Assembly (NCBI GenBank): GCA_964535955.1
Contig: CAZHVK010000004.1
Span: 6,222-70,221 of the forward strand
Reading direction: 5' to 3'
DNA length: 64,000 nt
Source: an uncultured Methanosarcinales archaeon
GTDB taxonomy: Archaea > Nanobdellota > Nanobdellia > Woesearchaeales > CAXGTL01
The notes under the pieces were generated by a model. That model saw only the letters and a list, made by a program, of their open reading frames with translations, made no database searches and was not told the DNA's origin. The position numbers and the translations under genes were made by a program. Within the stretch, counting starts at the first letter, position 1; the number at the start of each line of letters is the position of its first letter. This document shows, one piece after another, positions 19,136 to 30,043 of the stretch.

Positions 19136-20839
19136 ATGGACTTTAAACAAAACATTATTGATGAAATAAAGAAAATAACAAAAGCAGAAACAGTAAAAGT
19201 AGAGATCCCTCCAGACAGAAAATTAGGTGACTATGCAATACCTTGTTTCCAATTCTCAAAATCATTAAAAAAAGATCCAAAAAGAATATCACAATATCTA
19301 AAATCAGAATTAAAAAACAAAATAAAAGGAATAAAAGAAATAAAAGTAATTGGTCCATACTTAAACTTCTTTGTTGACAAAACAATTTTAACAGAAAATA
19401 TATTAAAAGAGATTAATAAGGAAAAAGAAAAGTTTGGGATACAAAAAAAAACAAAACCAATAGTATATCTAATGGATGTTTTTCAGCCAAATACCCATAA
19501 AGCATTTCATATAGGACATATTAGAAATGCTGTTTTAGGAGAATCAGTAAGAAAATTATTAATTGCATCTGGTGATAAAGCAATTGCAGTCTCATACATG
19601 GGCGATGTTGGTGCTCATGTTGCAAAATGGATTTGGTACTTTAACAAATTCTATAAAGGAGACATTCCCAAAGAGAATATCAGTAAATGGGCTGGTTCTA
19701 TCTACACAAAAGCTACTCAAGAATCTCAAGATTCTGAAATTTATCAACAAGAAATACATGATGTTCATATAAGACTAGAAAATGGTGAAGAAAAATTAGT
19801 TAAACTATGGGAAAAAACAAGAAAATTGTGTTTAGACGATCTTTGGAAAATTCAAAAACAATTAGGTGTACATTTAGATGGACATATTTTTGAAAGTGAA
19901 GTTGAAAAACCTGGTAAGGAAATAGTAAATGATTTAATTAAAAAAGGAATTGCAGAAGAAAGTGAAGGCGCAATTGGAATTGATCTTAAAAAACAAAAAC
20001 TTGGTTTTTTCTTATTATTAAAAAGCAATGGTGCTAGTTTATATTCTACAAAAGATTTTGGATTAGCAGAATTAAAAAATAAAAAATACAAATTTGATAA
20101 GTCTTTGTATGTAGTTGCAACAGAACAAAACTTTTATTTTCAACAGTTATTTGCAGCACTAAAATTAATAAAACATCCAACTTCTGACAAAAATGTCCAT
20201 CTTAGTTATGGTTTAGTCATGCTTAAAGAAGGCAAAATGTCATCAAGAGCAGGAAACATAGTTCTTTATGAAGATCTAAGAGATCAGATGTTAGATAAAG
20301 CAATGCAGGAAGTAAACAAAAGACACAAAGATTGGGATAAAAAAAGAAGACAAGAATCAGCAAACAAAGTAGCATATTCTGCAATGAAGTTTGTCATGCT
20401 TAAGTATGATAGTATTAAAATCATTTCTTTTGACATAAATGAAGCAATGGATTTTGAAGGAGAAACAGGCCCATACATACAATATTCTCATGCAAGAATC
20501 TGCTCAATACTAAGAAAAGCAATTGGTAAGGAATTGAAACCAAACATAAAGATAGACTTTACTTTACTTAAAGAAGAATCTGAACACAAACTAATAACAA
20601 TATTATCAAACTTCCAAAACATTATCATAGACTCAGCAAACCATTACAAACCATCTATATTATGCAGATATCTGTTAGATCTAGCACAAGCATTTAATGA
20701 GTTTTATCATCAATGTGTTGTAGTAGACAAAGATAATATAGAACTTAGCAAATCAAGATTATTATTAGTTGACAGTGTAAGACAAGTTATTAAGAATGGA
20801 CTACTCCTTCTAGGTATTGAAGCTCCTATTGAAATGTAA
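19136..20839 (+). CDS. argS: Arginyl-tRNA synthetase
   Basis: HIGH, KMSSR, FEGETGPYIQY, C-terminal GIEAPIEM. Start at ATG 19136 after a TTTTATAA box. Confidence 0.96.
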   Translation: MDFKQNIIDEIKKITKAETVKVEIPPDRKLGDYAIPCFQFSKSLKKDPKRISQYLKSELKNKIKGIKEIKVIGPYLNFFVDKTILTENILKEINKEKEKFGIQKKTKPIVYLMDVFQPNTHKAFHIGHIRNAVLGESVRKLLIASGDKAIAVSYMGDVGAHVAKWIWYFNKFYKGDIPKENISKWAGSIYTKATQESQDSEIYQQEIHDVHIRLENGEEKLVKLWEKTRKLCLDDLWKIQKQLGVHLDGHIFESEVEKPGKEIVNDLIKKGIAEESEGAIGIDLKKQKLGFFLLLKSNGASLYSTKDFGLAELKNKKYKFDKSLYVVATEQNFYFQQLFAALKLIKHPTSDKNVHLSYGLVMLKEGKMSSRAGNIVLYEDLRDQMLDKAMQEVNKRHKDWDKKRRQESANKVAYSAMKFVMLKYDSIKIISFDINEAMDFEGETGPYIQYSHARICSILRKAIGKELKPNIKIDFTLLKEESEHKLITILSNFQNIIIDSANHYKPSILCRYLLDLAQAFNEFYHQCVVVDKDNIELSKSRLLLVDSVRQVIKNGLLLLGIEAPIEM

Positions 20840-21178
20840 TCAAGCAATCTTCTTATCTACATCACAATTATTTTCCCTAATCATGCTAACCAAGCCTTTA
20901 TAATTATTATTCTTATTTTTATTATATTTATAATCATTCTCAAATTTCACTTTAAAACATTCTTCACAATAATCCTCAGGCACTCCTGAATATAAAGGTG
21001 TACCAGCACCACTATAAGTTACATCAATACCTTCAAAAAACTCTTTATCTTTTAATATTTTATCTAGATCTAAAGGATATATTCTGACTAAAAATTTTAC
21101 ATCATTTATTGTAAGTTTTCCATATACTAATTCCAATGCAATTCCAGTTTCACAAATATGGTCTATAGATTCTGTCAT
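20840..21178 (-). CDS. Hypothetical protein
   Basis: 112 aa ORF with upstream TTTAAATA box. Confidence 0.55.
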   Translation of the reverse strand: MTESIDHICETGIALELVYGKLTINDVKFLVRIYPLDLDKILKDKEFFEGIDVTYSGAGTPLYSGVPEDYCEECFKVKFENDYKYNKNKNNNYKGLVSMIRENNCDVDKKIA

Positions 21179-21290
21179 ACTTATTATAGTCTATTTTATG
21201 CTATTTAAATTAGATGTATTTAGAACATATACTCATATGGAAATAAAACATGTATTAGTAGAAAATATTACAAAAAAAGAATAAAAATAC

Positions 21291-23081
21291 CTACCTTGTA
21301 GGTCTATAACTTCTAGGTGATCTTGCTTTTGGTGCTTTATCAGCTTTAATCAATCTTTCTAAACCATTAAAAGCAGCATTTATTTCAGCAACATCTCCAC
21401 CATTTTGTTTATACTTTGACAAAGTATTAACTAATTTATCAATTATTTTGTTTTTGTCTTCTCTATCTTGCTTGTACAAATCCATCAATGTCTTTATTTG
21501 TTGTTCATATGCTCTTTGCATATCTAATTGTGATTGTGGATTATATTTACAACCAGGTTGAACAGCTCCTTGTTCAGGTGCTTGTGGTTCTTCAGGTTGT
21601 GCTTCTGGTTTTGCTTCAGGCTTTGCTTCTGGTGTCATTTCTGGTGTCACTTTTTGTCCATCTACATATACATTATTTACAATTGTTAATTGACTATCTT
21701 CAGCATTACCTTCGCCTGCTCCAACATCTTGGCCACTTCTTTCATAATCACTGATATCTTCAATTGTTTCTTTTACTTCTTGCCTTGAGTCTTCTATCTT
21801 GATTATTTCTTCTTCATGATAACCTAATGCCTCATCAACTTCTTCAAAATATACATCTACAACTTTTTCCACTGTTTTACCTTTTCCTGCTACAGAATCA
21901 TGGTCTTTACCAGTTTCTTTATAACAGCTAGTTGCACAAGATGATAAACCTATTAATGAACCTAGTGCTAATATTAATGCACTTATTTTAATACCTTTAC
22001 AAAATCTAGGATAACGATTTCTGATGTATTTAATTATTCCACCATCATCTCCATTACCACCATTACCATCTTTAATTGGTATTGGCATTTTCTTTTTATC
22101 AGTATATTTCTGTGAATCTTTAGCTTTTTCAACATCTACTGGCATTTTATTAGGCATTGGTGTTTTAACTTTACCTTTTACATCTTCTTTACTATGAGTA
22201 TCACTACCATCCCCACGAATTAATCCATATTCTTTTGCTTTTTGTTTCCAAAAAGAATCACCTGAAGCACCTACTACTTTTTCTATGTATGTTTTTTCTT
22301 TATTATCTTTATCTCTTTTCTTTATTGTTTCTTTAATCTCATCTACTTGTTCTTTGACATCTGGAAATACTTCTGTATCTTTATCTTTTTCTTCTGTCTT
22401 TCCATCTGTTTTTGCTTTTTTAGTACCTTTCATATCAATATTAGCAATTTTCTCTGATAATTCTTCACGTTGAGCTTTTCTTGTGCCAGTGTCTTTTTTA
22501 TCTTTTATATCTTTTTCTTTTTGTTGTTTCTTTCTTTCTTTTCTTTCTTTATCTCTTTGTTTTTGTTTTTCTTCTCTTTGTTTTCTTTCTTTTTCTCTTT
22601 TCTTCTTATTTTCTTCCCTTTTCTTCTTTTCTTGCTCTCTTTTCTTTTTATCTTCTTCAGCTTTCTTCTTATCTTGATCTTGTTTTGCTTTTTCAGCTTC
22701 TTTAGTTTTTGTCTTTTCAGTTTCTTTAGTATCTTTACCTTTTGCTTTTACTTGTTTTTCTGTTTCTAACTTTGCTTTATAGAAATCAACAAAATCACCT
22801 GGTTCTTGTTTTGCTCCTAACAAACCTGTTACATATTTATGATATTCATCATCTAATGATTCTCTAAGATCAAAATATTCTTCAAATGAACATTTTTTAA
22901 TTTCAGAACGATATTTGTTCCATTCTTGAACTCTATCTTCATATTTTTCATCAACTGCATTGTGGTCAATTGGATTTTGGTCAGCAATTTCTTCAAGTTT
23001 TTTTTGATTTTTAACATCTTCAAGTTTTTCTATTAATTCTTCTCCTTGTGATTTAGATTTTGTTTGATTGTTTTCAGTCAT
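21291..23081 (-). CDS. Charged low-complexity single-TM protein; paralogue of the collagen-like neighbour
   Basis: K/E-rich coiled region, TM segment, ~100 aa domain shared with 23222-24412, PEAK repeats; GGAGG RBS. Confidence 0.8.
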   Translation of the reverse strand: MTENNQTKSKSQGEELIEKLEDVKNQKKLEEIADQNPIDHNAVDEKYEDRVQEWNKYRSEIKKCSFEEYFDLRESLDDEYHKYVTGLLGAKQEPGDFVDFYKAKLETEKQVKAKGKDTKETEKTKTKEAEKAKQDQDKKKAEEDKKKREQEKKKREENKKKREKERKQREEKQKQRDKERKERKKQQKEKDIKDKKDTGTRKAQREELSEKIANIDMKGTKKAKTDGKTEEKDKDTEVFPDVKEQVDEIKETIKKRDKDNKEKTYIEKVVGASGDSFWKQKAKEYGLIRGDGSDTHSKEDVKGKVKTPMPNKMPVDVEKAKDSQKYTDKKKMPIPIKDGNGGNGDDGGIIKYIRNRYPRFCKGIKISALILALGSLIGLSSCATSCYKETGKDHDSVAGKGKTVEKVVDVYFEEVDEALGYHEEEIIKIEDSRQEVKETIEDISDYERSGQDVGAGEGNAEDSQLTIVNNVYVDGQKVTPEMTPEAKPEAKPEAQPEEPQAPEQGAVQPGCKYNPQSQLDMQRAYEQQIKTLMDLYKQDREDKNKIIDKLVNTLSKYKQNGGDVAEINAAFNGLERLIKADKAPKARSPRSYRPTR

Positions 23082-23221
23082 AAGACAACCCTCCTATAGT
23101 GGTTTTTTATATATAATAATATATAAAGAGAAATAACTTATTGTTTATAAATGTTTCGGAAAATTAACCATTATTAAGTGATAACACAACCTTAAATTAT
23201 GAATTTACCTAGTACAAGCCT

Positions 23222-24412
23222 TTATTCAGTATAATGGTCTGTTTTTACTTTTTTACCATCTATATATATATTATTGATTACTTTGAGTCTATTTTGTTTA
23301 TTGCCTTTTTTACCTGGTTTTCCATTACCTTTGACTGGTTTGTCATCATCATCTCTTTCATAATCAGCAATATCTTCAATTGTTTTCCTTACTCCTTGTC
23401 TTGAATCACCAATCTTATCTATTTGGTCATTGTGAAAATCTAATGCACCATCTACTGATCTAAAGTATTTCTTAACTTTTCTTTCAACTTTTTTACCTTC
23501 TCTTGCTACATAAGCATGATCTTTGCTAGTTTCTTTATAACAACTGGTTGCATAACATGAAAGTCCTACTAATAATGCTAATGCTAGTAATCCTGTTCCT
23601 ATTTTTGCTGTTTTATACAAACAAGGATATTGATTTTTGATGTATGCAAAGAGTCCTTTGTTATCTTTATCTTTTTTATCATCATCATTAGGTCTATATG
23701 GTCCAATTGGTCCTGGTAGTCCTTGTTCTCCTTGAATTCCTTGTGGCCCTTGTATTCCTTTTTCTCCAGGCTCTCCGTCCTTACCATCTACTCCAGACTT
23801 ACCATCTACTCCTGGCTTTCCATCTACCCCATGCTTTCCATCTACTCCTTGTTTTCCATCTACCCCTGGCTTTCCATCTTCTCCATCTTTTCCATCTACT
23901 CCATGCTTTCCATCTATTCCAGGTTCCCCTTTTTCTCCAGGTACCCCAGGATTTCCATCTACTCCTGGCTTTCCATCTATTCCAGGCTCTCCATCTTTTC
24001 CATCTGCCCCAGACTTTCCATCTATTCCAGGCTCTCCGTCCTTTCCATCTACTCCAGGTTTTCCATCTTTTCCTTTTTTACCTCTTGGTCCTGTTTTTCC
24101 AGGCTCCCCTTGTTCTCCTTGTGCTCCTGGATCTCCTTTAATACCAATTCTATTAATACCATCTTTATACAAACAAACAACAATTGATCCTAATGAATCA
24201 CGAAGTAATTTTCTATCTTGTAATTTTTTTTCTTTAATAACTTCATTAGCAAAATATTCAGGAACATGTGCTCTTTGAAAGATATCTACTTCATCTTGAG
24301 TAAATAAACCACTATACTTTGGTTGTTTTGTTTGTTTTTTAGAATCATCAATCCATTTATCTACTTTATCATCTAATGCTATTTTAAAATATTCTATTGT
24401 ATCTTCAGTCAT
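23222..24412 (-). CDS. Collagen-like (Gly-X-Y) single-TM protein
   Basis: About 50 contiguous GXY triplets (GKP/GVD/GKD/GEP) followed by a TM segment. Confidence 0.9.
   Translation of the reverse strand: MTEDTIEYFKIALDDKVDKWIDDSKKQTKQPKYSGLFTQDEVDIFQRAHVPEYFANEVIKEKKLQDRKLLRDSLGSIVVCLYKDGINRIGIKGDPGAQGEQGEPGKTGPRGKKGKDGKPGVDGKDGEPGIDGKSGADGKDGEPGIDGKPGVDGNPGVPGEKGEPGIDGKHGVDGKDGEDGKPGVDGKQGVDGKHGVDGKPGVDGKSGVDGKDGEPGEKGIQGPQGIQGEQGLPGPIGPYRPNDDDKKDKDNKGLFAYIKNQYPCLYKTAKIGTGLLALALLVGLSCYATSCYKETSKDHAYVAREGKKVERKVKKYFRSVDGALDFHNDQIDKIGDSRQGVRKTIEDIADYERDDDDKPVKGNGKPGKKGNKQNRLKVINNIYIDGKKVKTDHYTE
23696..24145 (-). repeat. 9/18-bp coding tandem repeats of the collagen domain
   Basis: Recurrent TTTCCATCTACTCC-type units. 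Confidence 0.85.
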
Positions 24413-24512
24413 ATTTCATCCCCCTATCATAATTTAATAATAATATTTGAAATAGAAATATATAATTATATATAAATGTTTAGGTAAATTTACTACAAAA
24501 AAATAGTAAAAA

Positions 24513-24731
24513 CTAGTGTAAATAACGTCTCAAACCAACACCATCACAGAACAATACATCTATGCCATCAGCATGCAAAACACCATCTTTGATCTCATAT
24601 GTATCATCAACAGCATCTTGTGCATATTTTGAAACATTGTCTTTCATATAATCTAGAAATTCTCCATAATTATTTCCAATAGTATCTTCTATATGTTTTG
24701 GTTTAATATTAATTAAGTCAATTGAATACAT
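24513..24731 (-). CDS. Small hypothetical protein
   Basis: ATG at 24731 after a GGGGGGA RBS. Confidence 0.55.
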   Translation of the reverse strand: MYSIDLINIKPKHIEDTIGNNYGEFLDYMKDNVSKYAQDAVDDTYEIKDGVLHADGIDVLFCDGVGLRRYLH

Positions 24732-24968
24732 AAAATCCCCCCTTTTTTCAGTTATCAAATATAACTTAAATATATTTGTATATTTCAGTAAACACCCTAT
24801 TTAAAGGTGTGCTGTCACTAATTGGTAGAAAAAGACAAAAGATTTATATATTATTTAAACTTTCTTTATAACTAGTTGGTGACATATTTCAAAATTCATA
24901 AAAATTGGTGATTTCTAGATAAATAAAATAGAAAAATATATAAACTAGTATATCAATTAGTATACTAG

Positions 24969-26519
24969 ATGTGGTTTAAATTCACTATGCCAAAGAATAG
25001 AAAAGGAAAAGTACAAGATATTTACAGTATTAGTCAGTCTAGACTAGATGATATTCTAACAGAACTTAGTAAAGATGAAACAACAGACAATACAAAGACA
25101 AAGATCTGCAAAGATCATTTAGGAGATTTGATTGATTGGAAACATAAAGAAGCAGGAATTTGTCCGATTTATAATGAAGTAAAATTTTCTAAAGATTGTG
25201 ACCAAGAAGCTGTTAGAACATTTTATGCAAAATTAGGCTTAAAACCAGCAAACACATTTTTAGAAGAATTAAGATATGAAATAAATGATTATTCAATTGG
25301 CCATCTTTTGGTTGTTTCTCCTGAAAATTATTTATTATTACATGAAAGTTTGGAGCAGATGGGAAGTGACATAAGCAAGTACACAAATCTTAAAGTAAAA
25401 GGTTCTGGAATCTTTTTTGAATCTCTTGACCCTGGTAAAGAAATCCAAGTAGGAGCTGTAAAATGGAATGTAGGACAATTAGTTAAACATTTTTTAAATA
25501 AATATGCTTCATATTTCATAAACAACCTAAGCCCTGCAAAATTTGAAGACAAATTAGAGTTTGTTTCAGACTTAAATGCAATATTAGATTATCTAATCAC
25601 TACATTAGGTTATAATGATAAGATATTTGTTGATGCAGGTGAACTAGTAAATGTAAAAGACAATTTACTTGAGTCATACCAAAACATGGAAGAAAAACAT
25701 AAACAAGATTTTAAACTGATTGAACTAGGTATATCAAAATATTGTAATGGAGGTCCTATCATACCTAAAAAATATATGATCAAAATAAATGATCCTTGCA
25801 TATTACTTGACAAAATAAGAAAAGAGATGATTTATCTTAGATCAAAAGTATCAGAATCACTTGCATCTAAGAAAAGCGTAAAACCAAAGTCATTAGATGA
25901 AGCTTTGCATGAAAAACTAAGACAAGAAGAAGAAAAAAGTGCAATAAGATTTAATAAAAAACAATCACAAAAGCACAAAACAGCATACAATAATAATATT
26001 TTAACTCAACAACCAGCATATCATACACAAGGAATTGCAAATACAGTTGCAATGGAATTTTTCAGATTACCAAAAGATCAAAGAGAACCCATATTAGATT
26101 TAATAAACAAGCAACTTAAACATGTTTTCAAAGAAAATTATGAAAATCTTGAATTTTATCCTGATCATTATTCAAATATAACAAACTTTACATTAAAATA
26201 CCTTGGAGCATTAGTTGTAACTGCTAATTTTTATAAGAAAAAAAATAATGTAGTAGGAGAAATTAATTATAGAAAATTATTAGAACATGAAATCAATAAA
26301 AATCCTAATATCTTTTTTGGAGATTTTACAAAAACACCAAAAGACCCAAAAGATCTATTAAGATTAGCTTTAACAGGATTAAAACAACATGATAGGTCAG
26401 TTAATTTATCACAAGTACAGGAATCATATAAAACATTAAGCACACCAGCTGCAACAGGTGATGTTGATTCAATGTTAGCAGATTATTACAAAGAAAAACA
26501 ACTTAGTAAACATAGATAA
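24969..26519 (+). CDS. Hypothetical protein
   Basis: 516 aa ORF, no motif recognised. Confidence 0.75.
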   Translation: MWFKFTMPKNRKGKVQDIYSISQSRLDDILTELSKDETTDNTKTKICKDHLGDLIDWKHKEAGICPIYNEVKFSKDCDQEAVRTFYAKLGLKPANTFLEELRYEINDYSIGHLLVVSPENYLLLHESLEQMGSDISKYTNLKVKGSGIFFESLDPGKEIQVGAVKWNVGQLVKHFLNKYASYFINNLSPAKFEDKLEFVSDLNAILDYLITTLGYNDKIFVDAGELVNVKDNLLESYQNMEEKHKQDFKLIELGISKYCNGGPIIPKKYMIKINDPCILLDKIRKEMIYLRSKVSESLASKKSVKPKSLDEALHEKLRQEEEKSAIRFNKKQSQKHKTAYNNNILTQQPAYHTQGIANTVAMEFFRLPKDQREPILDLINKQLKHVFKENYENLEFYPDHYSNITNFTLKYLGALVVTANFYKKKNNVVGEINYRKLLEHEINKNPNIFFGDFTKTPKDPKDLLRLALTGLKQHDRSVNLSQVQESYKTLSTPAATGDVDSMLADYYKEKQLSKHR

Positions 26520-26609
26520 TACTCAAATCAATTAAATACCAATAAAAATAATCAAATAACAATCAAAAAAACTATATTTTTATAAACAAAACAACTTCTA
26601 CCTACAATA

Positions 26610-27671
26610 ATGGCAAAAATTATAGCAATTGACGAAAAAATAATAAATAATCAATTTAATAGACAAATTGCTGAATGTATTGGATTATGGTTAGCAGAAG
26701 GAGATAATAAATGTACGAATGAAATTACATTCACTAATAATTGTTTTGATCTTATTAAACATTTTCATAATACAATAACTAAATTATTTAAAGAATATAA
26801 TTTCAATATAAGAATTTATGTTTATTCAAAAAATAAACTTAAAATAGACCTTCCTATAAAAGATTGCATAACTAAATATTATTCTGATAAACGGGCTAAA
26901 AAACCTTATTTTATTTGGAGAATTTGTTCTGTTAAACTGAACAGGAAATGGAAAAATATTGTTGAAGCATATAAGCCAAATTCAGAATTTTATCCTGAAA
27001 TCTTAAGAGGGTTTTTTGCTGGTGAGGGGAATATCAAGATAGGAAGCCACAATAGTAGAGTAATTAGGATAGCACAAAAAAACAGAGTAAAGTTCATAGA
27101 AAATATATTAGATTCCTTAAAAATAGAATACAAGTTTAAAAAAAATGAGAGAAGTTATTGCATATATCATAAGGATAATTGGGATATTTTTTCTAGATTT
27201 GGATTAGCAGATTTACATCCTATAAAAAAGAACAAATTCTATACTAATTATAATTTCAAAGAAGAACATTATAAACATAATTATCTTAAAAAAGAAGTAT
27301 TTAAAGAATTGGTTAGACCTCATACTACAATTGAATTATCTAAAAAATTTAATCGTTCACCAGCAAGAATCTGTGATATTGTAATAGAGCTTAAAAAAGA
27401 AGGTCTTATCACAAATTTTGGAGTCAAAAGTACTATGTATTGGATAAGAAATGATAAAAATTCTATAATTATATCACAAATTAAAGAGAAATATATAAAT
27501 ATAGTAAAAGAAAAACCATTATTAACATCTGAAATTGCTAAAACATTAAAAGTTGATTGGAAAAATGCATTCAAAAGATTGAAAGAACTTGAGAAATTAA
27601 AATTAGTACAACAAATTAACAAAAATGAATGGGGATATATTAAAACAAGTAAAAGGGTTATCGTAATATGA
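26610..27671 (+). mobile_element. Free-standing LAGLIDADG homing endonuclease with C-terminal HTH domains
   Basis: Two LAGLIDADG helices (CIGLWLAEGD, ILRGFFAGEG); two wHTH-like segments (TTIELSKKFNRS, TSEIAKTLKVDW); no intein C1/HN termini. Confidence 0.85.
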
Positions 27672-28324
27672 GCAAGGTCATAGCCATAGATGAGGCTGGT
27701 AAGGGTCCAGTAATAGGTCCACTTGTAATGACAGGTGTGCTTGTTGACGAAAAAGATTTAGACAAACTAAAAGTAATTGGTGTAAAAGATTCTAAACTAA
27801 TTCTTAAACATAAAAGAAAAGCAATGCTTGAACAAATTAAAGAAATAATCATAGATTATAAAACAATAATTGTGACAGCTGAAGAACTAAACCAAAGCAT
27901 GAAAAAGATTAATCTAAATCAGATAGAAGCAATAAAAGCAGCAGAAATCATTAATCATTTTAATAAAATCGATGTAGATACTGCAATCATCGACTGCCCG
28001 TCACCAAACATTGGTGCATACAAATATTATATACAAAAACATTTAGAAAGAGAAATAGACTTAAGACCAGAACACAAAGCAGATCTTAATTATGTATCTG
28101 TAGGAGCAGCTTCAATTATTGCAAAAACAACTAGAGATGATGAAATAGAAAAGCTAAAAAAAGAAGTAGGAACAGACTTTGGCTCTGGTTACACATCAGA
28201 CCCAAAAACACAAGCTTTTCTCAAAGATAATTTTGATAAACATCCAAACTTATTCAGAAAGCGCTGGTCAACATGGAAAAACCTAGACATGGCAAAGAAA
28301 CAAAGTAAGTTAGGAGATTTCTAA
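27668..28324 (+). CDS. rnhB: Ribonuclease HII
   Basis: IDEAGKGPVIGP, DSK, HKAD, VGAASIIAK, GSGYTSDP. Confidence 0.97.
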   Translation: MSKVIAIDEAGKGPVIGPLVMTGVLVDEKDLDKLKVIGVKDSKLILKHKRKAMLEQIKEIIIDYKTIIVTAEELNQSMKKINLNQIEAIKAAEIINHFNKIDVDTAIIDCPSPNIGAYKYYIQKHLEREIDLRPEHKADLNYVSVGAASIIAKTTRDDEIEKLKKEVGTDFGSGYTSDPKTQAFLKDNFDKHPNLFRKRWSTWKNLDMAKKQSKLGDF

Positions 28325-29322
28325 ACACCAATACTTACTAAAGCAGAAGCATTTGCTTTGATCTTATAAGTACTAAATATTAAATTTGGATTATCAAGTC
28401 TTAGATTTCTTAACTTTGAACACACTTTTTTATTTTCTAAAGTAAAAATCTTTCTGTTTCTTTCTATAAGATTATATACTTGTATATTATTTGATGATCC
28501 TAATACATATTCTTGTCCATAATTAATCACATCATACACCTTAAAACCAAATTTATTTATTAATCTTTTATTAAATTTGTTTCCTGTTAACAAACTAATA
28601 TAATCTATGCTTTTCAGTAATCCAGATTCACCAAATATATGAATTTGATTATCATCATTGAGAGATGAGTGTATTACTGGATCAGAATTAGCTGTCTTGA
28701 TGGCATTTGTCCTTTCTAAAGATTCAAGATTAATAAGATATAAACAACCTGTATTACATTCAACAAAAAGTACTTCATCATTATCAGCAAGAGATAAATT
28801 AGTTATACCAAAAAATTTTCTTCCTTTTTCTCTTTTTTGTCCAGAAAAATATGTCAACATTACTCCTTTCTGTTCATTTTTTTCTCTTAAATCAACATCT
28901 TGGATAAAAATCTGAGTACCATTAGAAAGATAAAATCTTTTGTTTAATTCATCATAACAATAACATTCAATAAATTTTTCCATAATTGTCTCATTTTCGC
29001 CTGATACAGGATCAAATGTTTTAAAACCTCTATTAGATATAATATAATATCTTTTATGAATCTTTTCAACACCTATTACATATTCATTTTCTTGAAAATT
29101 AGAATTATCAACAGCAACCAAACCAGAAAAACTACCATCTCTTGAAAAATATAAGTTTGGTTTTTCTTTTTTAAAATGTGTCATATTAGAATTAGCAGTT
29201 CCTACTAATAATCTCCCTTCTTCAATTATATCAATACTAGTCACAACTTGATTAAATGTCTTAAAATCTGTAACTTGTTTATGTTTTGCTAGTATTTTTT
29301 CTAATTCTGATTGAACATTCAT
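28321..29322 (-). CDS. Hypothetical protein, possibly beta-propeller
   Basis: Beta-strand-rich periodic pattern. Confidence 0.55.
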   Translation of the reverse strand: MNVQSELEKILAKHKQVTDFKTFNQVVTSIDIIEEGRLLVGTANSNMTHFKKEKPNLYFSRDGSFSGLVAVDNSNFQENEYVIGVEKIHKRYYIISNRGFKTFDPVSGENETIMEKFIECYCYDELNKRFYLSNGTQIFIQDVDLREKNEQKGVMLTYFSGQKREKGRKFFGITNLSLADNDEVLFVECNTGCLYLINLESLERTNAIKTANSDPVIHSSLNDDNQIHIFGESGLLKSIDYISLLTGNKFNKRLINKFGFKVYDVINYGQEYVLGSSNNIQVYNLIERNRKIFTLENKKVCSKLRNLRLDNPNLIFSTYKIKANASALVSIGV

Positions 29323-29379
29323 ATATCAATAAAAGAATCACGGATTATTTATAAGAATTATTATATTGTAAGATACAGG

Positions 29380-30039
29380 TTAATCCTTAGCATCCCATTC
29401 CTTATAAAATTCTTTTAAAAACAACTGCATAAACCTTTGCCTGCGCAAAGCAATCTTTTTACCTGTTTTAGTATTCATCATATCTTTTAATAATAACAAT
29501 TTTTCATAAAAATGATTAATAGTGGGATCCATGTCTTTTCTATATTCATGAGACTTTCTGCCTAATTTTGGTTTAATATCAGGATCATACATTATCTTTC
29601 CTTTGCTTCCACCATAAGCAAATGTTCTTCCCACACCAATAGCTCCAATTGCATCCAATCTGTCAGCATCCTGTATAATCATGAATTCTTTTGATTTTTT
29701 TACTTTTTTTTTATCTAATGATTTTGAAAAAGACATATTAGCAATTATATGCATGATATGTTTTTTATCATTCTCTTTAATTTTCATCTTATCTAACCAA
29801 GAACCAATCATTCTAGGTGCAACTCTTACATCACCCTTATAAAACTTGGGATCACCAACATCATGCAACAAAGCAGCCATATCAATCACAAATCTATCAA
29901 CATTTTTCTCAGAATTAGCAATGTTATGAGCAAGTTTCCAAACACGATAAATATGCCACCAATCATGACCACAACTCTTATCTTTAAATTCTTTTTTAAC
30001 AAAACCAACAGTTTTTTTTATAACCCCTTTTTTATTCAT
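29380..30039 (-). CDS. HD-domain phosphohydrolase (YedJ-like)
   Basis: GHDWWHIYRV, ALLHD, QDADRLDAIGAIG, HFYEKLL. Confidence 0.92.
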   Translation of the reverse strand: MNKKGVIKKTVGFVKKEFKDKSCGHDWWHIYRVWKLAHNIANSEKNVDRFVIDMAALLHDVGDPKFYKGDVRVAPRMIGSWLDKMKIKENDKKHIMHIIANMSFSKSLDKKKVKKSKEFMIIQDADRLDAIGAIGVGRTFAYGGSKGKIMYDPDIKPKLGRKSHEYRKDMDPTINHFYEKLLLLKDMMNTKTGKKIALRRQRFMQLFLKEFYKEWDAKD

Positions 30040-30043
30040 ATAT

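Noticed and set aside
23696..24145. Possible CRISPR array (also considered 60786-61049)
   Set aside because: The repeats are contiguous, degenerate and in frame within proteins, with no unique spacers and no cas genes.
22285..24187. Several Phe/Leu/Ser-rich + strand ORFs
   Set aside because: Antisense shadows of K/E-rich and collagen repeats. The same applies to the minus-strand ORFs at 36602-37479.
26610..27671. Endonuclease as an intein of RNase HII
   Set aside because: No Cys/Ser start or His-Asn end, it has its own stop codon, and rnhB is complete downstream in a different frame.
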